This document shows, in pieces, positions 38,025 through 51,335 of a stretch of DNA of 64,000 nucleotides. The notes beneath the pieces were generated by a model that made no database searches, had not been told where the DNA came from, and saw only the letters and a list, made by a program, of their open reading frames with translations. How positions within the stretch are numbered: position 1 is the first letter of the stretch; each line of letters opens with the position of its first letter. Where the stretch lies: positions 324,158 through 388,157 of the forward strand of contig NMRA01000417.1 of assembly GCA_002633005.1 (NCBI GenBank), given 5' to 3'. This DNA comes from Phoronis australis. Lineage: Eukaryota; Animalia; Phoronida. Both the position numbers and the translations under genes were made by a program.

Positions 38025-38560
38025 TCATACACATGTATACAATTTTATCCACTCACGCAGAGATTTAATGTTATCAAGAAATTCTGATACTATTTCGAAT
38101 AAAACCTTATTTTCATTTGGGTTGAGTTCTTGACATCCGTATAGAAAAAAATTAATTTGTTGTAAATTTGCGGAATTTAAGAATATTTTTTGTAAACATT
38201 GGGGGTATTGTTCGAGTGTCTGGAAAAGCTGTACCCTCTGCTCCTTTAATACCTCACAAGCAAAGAAAAAAAATGTCACGTGATAGTTTTATGACCAATG
38301 CAAGTAAAACGGCACCGACATTAAAATATTGGTTACCATGGTAACACTGAAGCTGTTTTCGTGGAGATACATTTCATGCTTGTTAAAAACCAGCAGCGAA
38401 GCTTCCTCCACGAGAAAACTGAAAATAATAACAAGGGCATGTAGAAGACTCCATGCTCTTGAAATTAATTCAATAAACCTTGTCAGCCCTTCATGCAGGC
38501 TTGGTAGTAGGTGTCTGAATTTCATTTTCAGACCGCACATTTGTGTATTTGTCATGTTAA
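38025..38560 (-). mobile_element. Decayed CR1/L2-like LINE ORF2 C-terminus
   Basis: FFFACEVLKEQRVQLF...FLYGCQELNPNENKVLFEIVSEFL resembles the post-RT tail of such LINEs. Confidence 0.55.
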
Positions 38561-40465
38561 ACCAGTCACTAGCTGTGCGCCGTTTGTACGCATTAAAATG
38601 CCGTGGTATAGTACAACAATTAATAGATTTGGTTTGCTTAAATGCTTTTAATTAATTTTAAGGACACAAGCAATTCCCACTAAAATATGAAATTATACTA
38701 GATTTGTTCATCTAACTCATTGAATACCAAACTAAAGCATACAATATGTGTTAGATGAATGATGGCTGATCCAAAGTCCAGGTTTGCGATTTTTTTCTGG
38801 CACTGCCATAGATAAGTATAGACGAGTATCTATGCTGCCAGTCGCATCAAATGTGGTATTTTTACAAATTGCCGCGAGAAACAACTTTGAAAACTCTTGG
38901 GAAATGCGCAAGTAACTTAGCAATACATTTGAGAACCTTGAAAGTGAGGGGAGGTGATGTGAAGGAGATGATTTGTGCCTTCCTGAGTATTCTGTCCGCC
39001 TTGGAGGCGTGCGGCTGGAGCTAGATAATCTAACGTAGTAGATTAATTGGCTCGAATTATCGATACAACCCTCGACATTTATTGGTGTCGCCAAAGACAC
39101 TGAGTACATCCACTGTACACGAGAGGGGAAATCCGACAGTGATCTGAAAAATGACCAAAGACGTAAAATCAAGGGTCAACGTCCTGCTTTGTGTGAGCTC
39201 AGGTAGGAATCGCCAAACTCCAAGGTCTGACCCTGAGGAATATTTTTGGGAGCACGTCATTCAAGCATAAATCAGTTTTGCTACGCACGTAGGACTGCAA
39301 CAGGTACCCGAAATCACAGAACTGTTGTCCAGCGCTGTCATTCGGTTGTGGTCCTCGAATCTTTCTCTTTGGTTCTAATAACGATAAGACCCACTTATGT
39401 ATGTTTACTAAACTGAAATTATGTTCCATTGACAGAAAATAGGTAGTCATCACAACTTTTCACAATCACCACCAAATTTGTTTAAACATTTTACATGACT
39501 TCTGCCCATGACCTACTTTTATAGACTAGAGAGTATGTTATGTCCGTCTTTGAATTTCTTTGATTGAATATGAAATTAATTAAATATGCCAAAGCCGTCA
39601 AAATATTGTGTATTTCGCTAAAAAATTACATTGATATTAAGTTCTGATTTTGCAACTAGTGAAGCTTACAAAGATTCATGGTTACCGGTAGGCTAAAAAT
39701 GGAACGGAACTAAAAAAGTGGAACTGTTGTATCCCGAATGTGCTATTCACAGTTTTGCCCTGTCAATCATCGCTGAGATAGAAGACAGAGTCGATCATCA
39801 AAATGCACCCTCCTAAAATTGAAATAAAAAGACAGAAAGTTCTAATATGACCCATGGGTCCCCCAAATTGGCCCGTTGACTTGAGGCCCTGCAGGTCAAT
39901 TCATAAGATTCCGCGTTGTTTCATGCATGCTGAATTTGCAGTAGAGTTCAAAATTTACCTCATGGTTGCCAAAAAGTAGTGTATTTCTGAATTTTGGGGT
40001 AAAGTAACAAAAATAATCAGTGGCTGTTGTGAGGGTCCCACAATATTTATCGAGGATCTTGAACCTACCGTTTACATGTCATGCTTGTGCATGAAAGATA
40101 GTGTATGCTATGTATAAAATGGAGTACAAAAACACATTTACAAAAGTCAGATGTTTGTTTGGAAACCTGTTTTGTTGAAATGGTTAACTTTTCGTGATCA
40201 TCATGAATGTGGGCTCATGTGAAGTGCAGAATGGTAATTCTCAACTTTTGGGGTCATATCAGCTGCCATTTTATAGTTCTGTGTTATTTAAGATTATAAA
40301 AAGCCAGGATGGTAGTGAACGAGGGTGGGGAGATCTTGTACGATTGCATTGGGGATTTTAGACGGTCTTACTAGAAATTGCTTAGCAAGTACATAGTATA
40401 CTGTGGGTGCCACTCAAGCAAACTAGAGTAACCACCTTTATTAAGGCTCTGTTGTTTTCATTTGG

Positions 40466-41760
40466 TTGATCCCTATAGCTTATGAACATGCAACAAAAGA
40501 TATTTCCAACAGAGCTTTTGAATATAACTATGAATTTTCATGGAAATGCGGAAGCTGCCACACAAAACAGGCTGACTTAATGAAATTTCAGGGTGGGTCA
40601 AAAGAAAGCGAGTTAGATTTGGAGCCCATGGATACTACAGTAACAGTAAGTACTTGTAAAAATAAATCTGTAACAAATTTCGTAATTGCATAAAATCGGT
40701 CAATGGTTTTATGTTTCAATGTTATGAAGAGAAATATAAAGCACAACTCATGCATTTCATAATGAACACTGACACACGGTCAATGTAAATCGGTCTCAAT
40801 ATGTTCTACATGTAGTGTGCCATACTTCAAGGCCCATTTCCATAAAAGTTATTCGCTGTATAGCAACAATGACGTCGCATTATCACGCGCCACGTTGTAA
40901 TGGTTGAACATTGCACCTGATGTCACGCAACAATCAAACTTATCCAGCGGATAATTTTGAAGTTTTATGCAACCCAGTCCACTCTTATACCTTTGTCCTA
41001 CTGCAAGGTATATAGAAATTCATTTTGTAAATTTTTATAATCAAATATAAATGACTTATTTGTGATGCTTTCACTTTAGCTTGGTATTCCTATTTTCTGA
41101 GCCAAAATGAAAACATTAAACTTAGTATGCTTAATGTTTTCATTAATACAATTTAAGGAATCAGGAAAGGTTTATGCTGAAAAAGTGGCTTCTGCTGAAG
41201 TTGAAGACCTGCTGATTATTCGTAAAGTTTGGGTATGGAAAATCAGTGAGAATTTACCCTTAATCATGAAAAAATTCCTGCTGGACAAATAAGTGAGGGG
41301 GCTAGAGAGAGATGCCGAAAAGTCTACTCCCAGAAGATGTATCAAACAGAATTTGTAACTTGAAGAACGAGTCGGGGAAAAGTATTTGCCAAAGATTACT
41401 GGCTTATGCCACAACAAGTCCAATGTTATTTGTTGAGATAGGCCACTCTCAGCAAATATGAGAAATTGGAACACTTGGATGTAGGAGATATGACAGAGGA
41501 AGTGGAGTATGCATTGGAAAGAGACAATCTGCGCTTTACGATCGTCAAGGATGTAGAATTGTAAAAAATCAGAGAGGAAACAGTACAGTGGCTGAACCTG
41601 TAAATACTCTAGCTGATCTGATAAATCCAGTGATAGCATTATTATGTCAGCACAGCTCTAGGGAAGTAGGCTTGTGTGTTGTTGCAAGCTTTGTTTGCAC
41701 CAGAACTGCTGTGCGAACAGCTCAAATCTAAATTTACCTGGATTGAATTTTCGTCCAGTC
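40466..41760 (+). mobile_element. Possible KDZ/Zisupton-like transposase fossil
   Basis: YNYEFSWKCGSC and CEQLKSKFTWI fragments resemble CxC and CEQ motifs; many stops. Confidence 0.3.
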
Positions 41761-44559
41761 ACCGATCATGATCCTTGGCCAGTGGATTAAGTTGGTACAG
41801 TCACATGGTATTGGAACATTGTTCTTTTTGTTTAGCCACTGGATTTTTTAATCTAACAAGATTTCTGTGTAGCCACTACATTTAGACGTTTGTTTCGTGA
41901 TATCTGACCACTGTACTGCTTCTTTTCCTTGAAATTGTGTAACTGATCTGAATTCATGTTTTCACATTTCATTTACCTTTATGGATATTTGTTTGTAAAC
42001 GAGTTTTATTATTGAATTTGAGTTCTGTTACGGTTTGGCTGGTTTTGTTGACGTATCTGGGTTGTAAGTCCACATTCCGTACAGGAGGTAAAGTTTTGAT
42101 TTAGACCATTTACCTCTGTAAACTTTTCTCAATTTGTTCCTTATCCAGATTGGAAGTGATTTCTGGAATTGCAGCGACAGTTTGCGATTCCTTGAAACCC
42201 TGTTGTGTGCATAAAATCACTCACTATTAGACAAGCCATCTTATAGAGATGTCCACTTCAAATGATTTTTTTTGTTCCAGTACTGCAAAGTGTTGACACA
42301 TTAGCTCTGGTGACTCCTTGGTTTTTGGTGAATTGACCATTTTATGGTTCCCATGAGTAATTTCGTAACTGGTCATTGATGTGATACATAATTCTCCGTA
42401 CAAACAGCCACCTCAAGTTTGTGAAGAAGAAATGTAGTGTTGCCAGCGACATTGCGAAATCCCTTTTTCGCAGTGAGACTACATCACCTTAAATGTAATT
42501 CTCTGACTTCATGGGTTTTGTGTGGCTGATTCTGTCCTGTAGCAATTGGAGTTTTGAAAAGGTCTAGAAGGCATTTGTTTATTAGAGCCATAACATTTGC
42601 ACTTTTGACTGTACAGTTATCTTTGTATTGTATTATGAAAACATTTTCTAGTATACAAGTCTTTTGGTGGTGTTTTATATGTTTTCACAAGGAATATTTT
42701 CAACTTACAACAGTTGTCTGTGTGGTAGACAACTTTAAAATGAGATAAGGAATAAAATTGTCCAACATTGTTTTATTTTTTAGGTGTGTGATCTTCCAGT
42801 ACGTAATTACTTTTGAAAAAACCAGCGCAGAATTTTATCTTTACTCTTCATTTAAAGGAGAATAAATCTAGAAACCTGCATTGCCTAGAACTTTTATTCA
42901 AGCTACATATTACAGGGTTGGGAATTGGAACTTTAATACAACGGAATCTGAACCCGTACTATGAGGAATACAACACAATACATGGATATAAAAATTTGGT
43001 GTTTAGGTTCCACGGAAAGGATTTGTGTGCGCGGTAAGAGTTACTTAGGTGCGTGATGAGCGTTTGTGGATACTTTGGGATTCCTCTTCCGTGGTCATCC
43101 ACGGGAAACCTGGTCGCTTATAGAACAATAGATTAGCATCTTCATTTTTCCCGTTGTTATAATATAGATATTGACAAGCATTCACCGGCAACGGTCTGAT
43201 GTACGACCAAGGTTATATATCCATGTGACCTGTGTTGTTATATCCAACAATGACACAACAACAGAAAATAATGATACGACCGATGGGTAATATAGATGCG
43301 ACGAGTTGCTATGGACAGTGGTGGAGTTTGTCTTGTCGTTCGAATACTTTTCAGAGAACTGCAAACTGGGTATTTCGGCAGGAAAACAAGACTTCTGCGG
43401 CCTATTGTTTTATGTCGTATAAAAATTGTGGTCATGCCACTAAACTTATCATTCATTTGATATTACAATGCATTGCACAAGCATTTGATCAACAGAAAAT
43501 CTGATTTGAATATGTGTGAAGAAATACCCATGGGGAAAATTACAAGGCATAACAACTATAAACCAAAATAACCAACATTGGTCAAGTTCATGTCTAACCC
43601 TGTTCACTGGGGAGGATATAATCAATTTTTACAGAAATGGAGCCACGTATGGTATCTAGTTGTACTATAGTCCTAGGTGGTAAATAGTAAAACATTCAAA
43701 ACTTTCAGGAGGAACAAACTCATTGCAAAATATCAAAGAAACATTAAAGAAACCTGATTTTACGTGCTGACCCAACGATCTCAGATATTTGAAAAGTTCT
43801 CATTTTAGTACATTTGAGGTGACAAAATGTATAACTAATAAACTGGCTGACAGAGTTTTTATTTTATGCAATGAAAGTAACATGTTTTGTCAACACTGTG
43901 GCCAAGTTTCATTCTCATAGCAGTGGGGGTACATTTGGTATACACGTAGCAGTCTATCAAACTGTCTTAACGGGGGTAGTGTAGTAAAACTACTAAATGA
44001 GGGTGGTAAATCGGTATGTCGTTTTTTCAAGACATCTGTGTAGCAATCTACTGGCGTCACTAAACAATGCTAAGGGAATGATAGTTCTATAGCTTCCATT
44101 CAAGGAAAATGTAAACAGTTAAATTTGGACAGCTGGCTTTTTAGCAGGAAAACATGGCTGCGAAGCGGTAAAGTGTGTTTGAGCCCATAACTTTGGTAAA
44201 AGTAATATTTGGGGTAAATATTTTACCACTGTTTATAGATCTCATAGACTACCTATGTGTCAAATTTGGTGAAAATGGGCTGACCCCCACCTTGCCGCTG
44301 GATGGCTGGTGCTTTCGTGAACTAGTACTTGACCCGTATTGGCGAGAACATTATTTTTTAGAAATGGCTAGAAAATTGCTGAATCACCAGACTGGAAATA
44401 AAGGTTTTTTGAGTCCATTTGATTCTATGGGACTGTTGATGTAGAGTAAGAGGATGAGGGGTCCTGGTACGTTAGCCACAAGTATTCCAGAGTTGGCGTA
44501 GCCCGGCGAAGACTCCATCAATGCAGACTTTACATCTGGCGATATGAGAAGGTAGAAGT

Positions 44560-44940
44560 TAAGGAGTGCCAGAGATTGTAGCTTGTATAGGAGCAGTTCG
44601 ATTGGATTGACATCGAAAGGTGACGCAATTTCTCAAAATGCACATCTCACGTTATCACCTTCCTTCGTAGGATGCTCTAATGGATCGCCTGCAGAATGGA
44701 TACATGGAAGAACTGAAACCAATCGTGACAGAAGATGTTATTGTTCAAAGGACATCATGGGGAAGAACAGATTTCAATGCTTATATTCATGCAAAAGAAA
44801 GAGCTTTGCTGCACCGATCTTTATCTGTGCGACATACGGCATTGGTGCGTTCAGTCATAAACAATTAAATGGCTGGCTGAATATGAGACTCGCGATGATA
44901 ATGATGTCGATTATGACGGAGATGATGATGATGGTAATCA
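44560..44940 (+). mobile_element. Possible Academ-like transposon protein C-terminal fossil (Cys cluster and acidic tail)
   Basis: Frameshifted ELKPIVTEDVIV, KELCCTDLYLC and a GATGAT acidic tail. Confidence 0.3.
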
Positions 44941-45543
44941 AAGACTTATCGGTTGCCTTAAGGATGGCAGATTTCTGTCATGAGGAGCACGTTCGTTCGG
45001 AAGTGACATCAATTTAACTGAGCCATAGACTATTACAGACTTACGTGGACCGCAAACTGTGCTGGAAACCTGTAAACTTGCGCACAATCCGCAACACCCT
45101 AAGTAATTAGCGCGGCCTGCGTGTTTTACTTCGGGTATGTGTATCTGCTTACTATGAGTTGTATCGCGACGCCCCGGGGTTAGGGCTGAATTTTATTGCA
45201 GTTCTTAAACTAATGCCAAAAATGCTCACGAAAACCATAATTTTGATATTTAGGATGATCTTGAACGACTTTTCAATGCCGAAATGTTTCTAGGCATTAA
45301 AATACATAGCATTCCATACTTTTCACCCAAATACACTGCCAGAAACTTGAGATTAGTTCTCGAAGTAAGTAGCGCTTTTGCTGGGAGTAATATACGAAAA
45401 TGTGGGGTGTGTGAATTTGTTGCGAGATGGAACGTTCATGTTTGAACACTTGTATAGCATTGATTAAAACGGAAAAGTTCAGGTTCGTCGTCCAATCCAA
45501 TCTAGACATGAACATATATGTTATATTACGTACGTGATGATAA

Positions 45544-45694
45544 GTATAGATTATTTCATGGCGAACTCGTCATCCCCCGTTATCTAGAACCCGAGTGGAT
45601 TTTGGAGACTTATTATTGGTGATAATTCTACAAAATCCACGAGGGCTCTAGATATGGGGGATAACGACTGAGAACATGTAATAATCTGTTTATA
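45544..45694. repeat. ~150-bp imperfect hairpin (MITE-like)
   Basis: tcccccgttatctagaacccgagtggatttt / aaaatccacgagggctctagatatggggga. Confidence 0.65.
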
Positions 45695-47395
45695 CCAAAT
45701 ACTGAACGAGAAACATTACAATGAGTCGATCTACCTTTCTCGACTCGCCTTGGCTTTCTATGTCAGAGGCCCGGGGTCGGAGGTCGTGACCTTTTAAGAA
45801 AAGCCGAGCTATTTTTGTCAAATAGTGCTTTTACTCAAAACCAATTGAAAGTTTAAACAAAACAGAAATAAAGTGAATCTATAAATTAAGGCTTAGCAAC
45901 TATTATAGCTTACTAAACATTTTATCACGCTAAGCTTCGACTGGGAAAATATCGTCTGCTAAAGCAGTAACTGAGTATAATGCTCAAGTCAAAGGATCCC
46001 GACGACACGATACCCGCATTCAAATTGGAGATCGGTGATTTACAAGTTAGAGAACCACCACTTGCTGTAGCGACGTTATGGTTGATGTTTGGAGGAGGGT
46101 GCTAAGGCCAATGTATTTGCCTCGTCATGACTTTTAGTGAGAATTGAAGATAATACAGGAGCACCCATTACAGGAACACGCCAGGAATTGGTGTCACTGG
46201 AGGTGCCTCAAAATCAAGCAAAGCCACCTCAGAAGCTAACCGACCTGGTTGAAGTTGAGAATTAGTCATTGCAGACGTAGATGCTAGATGTCTTTGACTG
46301 GTTGAGGCCTGGTCAGACTTCTCTCTCTCTGTCCTAGCTGATCTATTGATTGTCCAGGTACCTTTAGTGGTGGCTCAGCTTGATGATTTTGTAGTCTTGG
46401 CTTTGGCTTACGACGTGTCGTATCGTATCTCAGATATGAAAATGAGTGAATATACTGTTCCTTGAAGCTATGCCAACCGGAAACTGGAGAAAAAAACATC
46501 GTTTCCAACGGGCTAGGTGCGAACTAAATAGAAGTTGTATATGAAGCCTGAAAGGTTGTAGAATAGTATTTGCCCAAATAATAGGATTTATGCCAGAGTG
46601 CCTGTCGTTAATTTTCATCAAGTTTATTGTTATTGAAATTTTAGTTAGTATTTAACGGATATGTTTATGATTTGTGCTATTTGTAAACTGTTTTTCAATT
46701 ATTGGTGACACAAACAACATGCAGTACAGAATTGTCAGCCGTGAGTGGTAGCCTACTATATATGTTAACGGAAATCTTTTTCACGGAAGCCGTTTTGTAA
46801 AATCCAATATTGCGGCCACATAAGACTAGGGACCAACGGACACACTGTTTTCTGATTGCTTGAACTTTGAAGTTTTTAAAACTATGTAATTTTCACACTT
46901 TCTACAAACAGTCAGCGAAAATCTGAACATAGTGAGCCTGACTAATCGTTGTTTATTCGCGACGAAGAAGTCACAAGCTTGTGAAGATCTCGTGAAGTAA
47001 GTTTACGTGTCATTGAATCACGAGCTCTTTTGATAACGTCATCTTATTGAAAGCACGTCATTCATAATAGATTTTGTGTTCAAATATGTCGAAGTTTGTC
47101 AAATATTATTAAATGACGGTGAGTCTTGCTATTTACAACATTTTCTTTGTACACAGCAACATGTTTCTAATGTATGGCTAACGTTGATGCTGCGAGTCAG
47201 CATCATTGGTTTCAAAAATGCTAAGATATCTGATCAGTCTACACCAACGCCTTGTTGAATGGGGTCATCTCTAACATTTGTTAATAACAGTTACTTACAG
47301 CACACCTCCTGCAGTTTGCATAATCGTCAGTGCAATATTTAGTCTGCATCGTCACTGCCGGCACTGGCGGTATTCTCTTAGCTTTTAATGTCCTC

Positions 47396-47644
47396 GGGCC
47401 CGTTCCAACAAATCTGACTTAGCTAAGACAAATCTTAAATTTTAGTAAATTTTAAAATAAAAGTTAAATTTGTCTGAAAACCAATTCAAGAAAGAGATCT
47501 TAAGTTTGACTTAAGTGTTTGACATAAATTTTGTCTTAATTTTGACCGACCTACCGAATGCGGAAGTTTCAAAGTTTGTAAATTAAGAGAAATCTTAAAC
47601 TTAAGTCAAAAATGAACTTAAGTCACTTTCTTGGAACAGGCCCC
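47396..47644. mobile_element. MITE with GGGCC.GTTCCAA termini
   Basis: gggcccgttccaa ... ttggaacaggccc; interior rich in cttaag units. Confidence 0.6.
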
Positions 47645-49135
47645 ATGGTTTACTCTTCACTCATTTCAATGTCACTTTACCTTTTAGCCTAGCCAGCCAG
47701 CTAGCTGTATCAAGACTATCGTCACAATACAGCTAGGTACCACTGTGTGTAGCCTTGGTGCAAAGCTGTGTACTAAATTAACTGCTTTACGCCAATGTGG
47801 GAAAAACTAATCAAATAAAATCTGACACAAAATCAGTGTCGTTAACAACTACACGTTTCCTTGAGTAAACTAAATTATTTATCTGTGTTGGAAAAGTTAG
47901 CTTTCATTTGATAGGTGAATCGGCGAAAAAGGAATGTAGCCAATAGGTGACGCAAAGTTTCATGGCCCCGAAAGCCGACGCAAAATATCGCTCCACAACT
48001 TAAGAAGCAGAATAACGGTAGAACGCCAAATTTTCCAACACCGGCAAACAATTTATTTAGTTTACTCATGGGAGAGTGTAGTTTTTGATTACACTAATTT
48101 TGTGTAAGATTTTATCTTGTCATTTTTTAACCACATCGGCGCAAAGCTGTATAGTTAGTACATAAGTTTGCGCCAAGGCTAGCTGGCTGGTTACACTGAG
48201 CTCCGACAGACTTCGAAATTTCACATATCCCGGGTTGTTCTGCTCGTCACCTCGCCGTGAAACTTTTATCAACATTTAAAAGACCGGCAGGTGTGCTTGG
48301 AAAGTCTTGGAGTCAACAGATACTCACCTTGCCCGTTACAGCCATTTTAAGTGAAAAATGTTCTAATAAACGTCATTTTCTTGCGTAAATAATTTAGTTT
48401 ACTCAAGTGTGTCATTCTTTTGTGTCAGATTTTATTTGGTCAGTTTTCTACCCACATCGGCGTAAAGGTGTATATTTAATAGACACCTTTGCACAAAGGC
48501 TACGGCGCCGTGTGAGTATTTCACTCGGCCTTTGGTCTCGTAAAAATACTCACACGTGACATCAACCTCGGCTACTAACACACCCATGTAAAACACGTGT
48601 AGTTTAACAAATGCTTATTTACCCGTGTTGAAAAATTGGCGTCCTACCGTTATTTTGCCACAAGTTTTAAGTATTTTAATAGCAGCAAAGAGAGTTTTAA
48701 CTAATTTTGCTGCTGCGAAGCTGTCATCTTTTCCCGAGAGAAGTTGAAGTTTTAGGAAATGGCGGGTGCGCCTGTCACAAGTTTACTGTTTTCAAAACGA
48801 CGACAATTTTTTCTTTGTTACAAAAGGCGGAGAATAATACAAGCAAATGACGTTTATTAGACTGTTTTTTCACTAAAACGGCTGCAACGGGAAAGGTGAN
48901 NNNNNNNNNNNNNNNNNNNNNNNNNNNNNNNNNNNNNNNNNNNNNNNNNNNNNNNNNNNNNNNNNNNNNNNNNNNNNNNNNNNNNNNNNNNNNNNNNNNN
49001 NNNNNNNNNNNNNNNNNNNNNNNNNNNNNNNNNNNNNNNNNNNNNNNNNNNNNNNNNNNNNNNNNNNNNNNNNNNNNNNNNNNNNNNNNNNNNNNNNNNN
49101 NNNNNNNNNNNNNNNNNNNNNNNNNNNNNNNNNNN

Positions 49136-49326
49136 CGGACGGACGGAGGGAGGGAGTGACGGACGGAGGGAGGGAGGGACGGAGGGAGGGAGGGACGGAC
49201 GGAGGGAGGGAGGGACGGACGGAGGGAGGGAGGGACGGACGGACGGAGGGAGGGAGGGAGGTAGGGAGGGAGAGAGGGAGGTAGGGAGGGAGAGAGGGAG
49301 GTACGGAGAGAGAGAGAGAGAGAGAC
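49136..49326. repeat. (GGAC/GGAG/GA)n microsatellite abutting N-gap 48900-49135
   Basis: Directly visible. Confidence 0.95.
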
Positions 49327-51335
49327 GTGACTGTTTTTGGGTGCGTAAGCTATGCTGTAGAGTGCGGGTCGTGTTTGCAAGTCAGTTAGCTGTGTTTGCC
49401 GTGTTTTTGAGCGTTGTTCGGGTTGCCTAAATACAGGCTAAATTGCAGTTTTATTCATGAAAAGTGACTTGAGACTTACACAAGAAATTTAGTCTTACGT
49501 TCCCACTTCAAAATCACTGAATACATTTTTAAAAAGATATTATGAGTAGTAAATCTCAACCTAAAAATAATTTAAGCAAAAGTAATGGGTATGCCAAAGA
49601 CTTTGTACTTTTTTGCTAAACTGAGATTAAATAAATATTTTTTTTAATATTGCTTCTGCGTTTTCCATGAATGAATTAAGTCGTTAGTCTCTTTTCATCA
49701 GTAGACCGCTGTCGTGTACAGTGATAAATTACATTTGAATTATGCCGGAACTCTAGTACAACTCTCCGTTTCTTTTTTATATTAACTTTCCGCAACGTGG
49801 AGTTTAACTTGTCCTTTGCTTACTTGTACATTACATTGGATCGTGACAATTGTGATAGTGAACCAAGCAAAGTCTCGATTTTACTGCGGAGTCGGTTAAT
49901 TTTTAATTTTAAATTTTAATTTCTCACCGTTGCTTCTTTTGATAAATTAAAGGCTACCGAACTACACTACCAATACTTCAAATACTTCAATATGTACAAC
50001 TCACCAATTTTGTCTGACGATGGGTGCTACAGTGTCTTCTTGAGCTTTCATTCTTTTAAAATCTCTTCAAGAGCTGCGTCAGACCGTTGGCATGTGGACC
50101 CACAGAAATCTACCCCTACCTTCTAGATGTCGCCACCGGCTGTCTTCCTGGTGAGATATTCAAACTTCACACGTTAAGGCAGAGTTGACTGACCCGTGAT
50201 TTGTGAAGTGTTCACATGCCGTTCGATCAGGATGAACATTTCGAGTCTGTTCTACCTTTTAAAAATCACAATTTGCTCCGAGGACGTAATGTTTAGCGCC
50301 TGATTTCCCTTTCTCATTAGACGCCATACCTGCCTTCTTTTAAAACTTCCATATGTGAACGCGGTAAGTGACCTACAGCCCTTCATTCCACCGTAATCAT
50401 TTCGCTATGAAAATATTCTGAGTTCAATTTTGAATTTTTTTTTGTATCAAAGAGGTACTTTCCTACACCGTGAGCTATTTACCGTGATCCATTTGTCTAG
50501 GCTCAGGTACGAACGCCGATGTGTGGATCAAGTTAAGGGGAGAGCTAGGAACCTCGAGGTGGTACAGTCTTCGCTTGCTGCACGCCTCCCAGCCACCGGC
50601 ACCGGCACTGCACTTTGGACAAAGGGCAATTTTCCTGATGTACACCCAGAGTAAGCGTTGTGTAGTCTGGTGTTCTGGGGGAAGGGAGGGATGTTACCGT
50701 ATGCACATTGTGAACTCGCCAAGACTTCGGAGAGCTAAGAGCTCGACTGGTTTCCTCAAGTAAAAATTAGGTGACTTCACAATTGAATGAACTAAAGGCT
50801 ACTTAACCTGCGGTCTAATATCCAAGACTTAATGTGAGCTGTCACTAGCTCAGCTAATTTTCAATTGAAGGAGCAAGCTGTGCTCGTAGCTTTACGTCTG
50901 GGCTGACAATATGGCATAGTTGATAGAAAAGGGGTATATTAGGAATGATTGTGCGACTCATGATTATTCTGACCTTTGCCAGGCTGAAACGCTGTGCAAT
51001 AGTTCCCCATGTTTTACATTATTATTGACTTTCAATGGGCCGGTCTCAGACCCCAAAACGTGATAATGACCGAGTCACCTTTTGGAGTCTGAAACCAAAC
51101 ATATTGAGTGTGAACCTTAGTATCAAATAGTGACTGAGATTATGAATGTGATTGCATCAGTCTGTTTTTGTTCGAGATTTTGTGGGAATGCATGCTATCA
51201 ACATATACGCCAATGCTCAATAGTAGAAAACGAAATGTGTAGATGCCACGGAAACAGTTTGAGGTCACGACCGCAGCCGACACAGAGGCTGACGTCGGGC
51301 AATGGACCGAAACAATCGACGAATCAGAACGAAAT

